From Candidatus Doudnabacteria bacterium (GTDB taxonomy: Bacteria; Patescibacteriota; Doudnabacteria; UBA920): a stretch of 64,000 nucleotides of DNA. A program made the translations under genes and the position numbers. Below the pieces are notes generated by a model that saw only the letters and a program-made list of their open reading frames with translations, made no database searches and was not told where the DNA came from. The stretch lies in assembly GCA_963837465.1 (NCBI GenBank), contig CAWINB010000001.1, forward strand, positions 220,981 to 284,980. The letters run 5' to 3'. Of this stretch, positions 63,383 through 64,000 are shown piece by piece; within the stretch, counting starts at the first letter, position 1; each line of letters begins with the position of its first letter.

Positions 63383-64000
63383 TTAAGCTTTCTCTGGTGT
63401 GACAGCTTTACTCTTCCCGCCATCTTTTTTCTCCACAAATACATCTCCCTTGTATATCCAGACTTTTACCCCGACTGTGCCGTAAGTGGTAAAGGCGGTG
63501 GAACGGGCAAAATCAATGTCGGCTCTTAAAGTATGCAGGGGGATTTTTCCGGAGGATAAATGTTCGGTGCGGGCAATGTCGGCGCCGTTTAGCCGTCCGC
63601 CAATGGCCACCTTGGCGCCTTTGGCTCCGGCGTTCATGACCTGTTCCAGCGACTGCTTCATCAAGCGCCTAAAAGCCACGCGTTTTTCCAGCTGTTCGGT
63701 AATGGAGTTGGCTATAACCTGGGCCTGCAAATTGACTTCCCGAATCTCCTCTATATTTATCTTCAGCTCCTGCTTAATGCCCAGCTTCTTTTTTACCTTA
63801 TTTTTGAGCTCCTCAATACCCGCGCCGCCCTTGCCGATAATCAAACCCGGCTTGGTGGTCTTGATGATAACGGTAATGCCGCCGTTGTTTAAGCGCTCAA
63901 TGTCTATCCTGACCAGTCCGGCTTTCTTTAAATGCAATTCCAGATATTCGCGAATTCGCACATCTTCCTGCAGCTGCTTGGCAAAATTATTCTTGGAAAA
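63383..64000 (-). CDS. rpsC: 30S ribosomal protein S3. Its N-terminus lies beyond the window edge.
   Basis: KH and S3 C-terminal domain motifs. The open frame continues to position 64000. Confidence 0.85.
   Translation of the reverse strand, partial: FSKNNFAKQLQEDVRIREYLELHLKKAGLVRIDIERLNNGGITVIIKTTKPGLIIGKGGAGIEELKNKVKKKLGIKQELKINIEEIREVNLQAQVIANSITEQLEKRVAFRRLMKQSLEQVMNAGAKGAKVAIGGRLNGADIARTEHLSSGKIPLHTLRADIDFARSTAFTTYGTVGVKVWIYKGDVFVEKKDGGKSKAVTPEKA

Overview
The window reads like an AT-rich, small-gene genome of the CPR/Patescibacteria type. Nearly all genes are on the minus strand, and the r-protein operon at the 3' end has no L30 between S5 and L15. From 5' to 3' it contains the following.

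- **Mobile/integrative corner (1-3.1 kb).** A single continuous ORF fuses a full-length LexA-like repressor (HTH + S24 self-cleaving peptidase) to a Dam-like N6-adenine DNA methyltransferase. It is transcribed divergently from a large serine recombinase that lies next to the 3' end of tRNA-Gln(UUG).
- **Regulators and cell division (3.3-10.2 kb).** An ECF sigma / putative anti-sigma pair, then the dcw cluster mraZ-rsmH-ftsL-ftsI.
- **Signalling and housekeeping (10.2-23.7 kb).** A SpoU methyltransferase, a DUF296 protein, a histidine kinase / receiver-only response regulator pair, an XRE regulator, DinB, MreB, RNase HI and RecJ.
- **Promoter-to-terminator ncRNA candidate plus a small GC-rich island (23.7-25.6 kb).**
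- **Glycolysis / pentose-phosphate block (25.7-40.2 kb).** gpmI-eno-pgk-gap-pfkB-tkt(split)-rpe-rpiB-tpiA-galT, interrupted by a hicBA toxin-antitoxin pair and a four-helix-bundle '23S rRNA intervening sequence' protein gene.
- **Further genes (40.3-57.7 kb).** RuvX, HtrA, DnaX with a candidate SRP RNA upstream, a VirD4/TraG-like ATPase, an IS630-family insertion sequence whose transposase needs a +1 shift on an A8 run, and a Nudix/HAD/SecY segment.
- **r-protein operon (57.7-64.0 kb).** L15 to S3, with S3 truncated by the window edge.

Three things stand out.

- **The LexA-methyltransferase fusion** next to the serine recombinase and tRNA-Gln is the strongest candidate for an undescribed system.
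- **In-frame insertions of palindromic repeat elements into essential genes**, in the manner of Rickettsia palindromic elements. The rsmH insert carries an antisense promoter, a tRNA-like acceptor/T-arm/CCA module and a terminator. The dinB insert belongs to a 'GGGATCCCTT'-core element family with four copies in the window.
- **Intergenic palindromes built from heptad repeats** (the 'ACGAAT', 'GGGTTAG' and 'GAATTAG' families), including a (GGGGTTA)6 array abutting the galT start codon.
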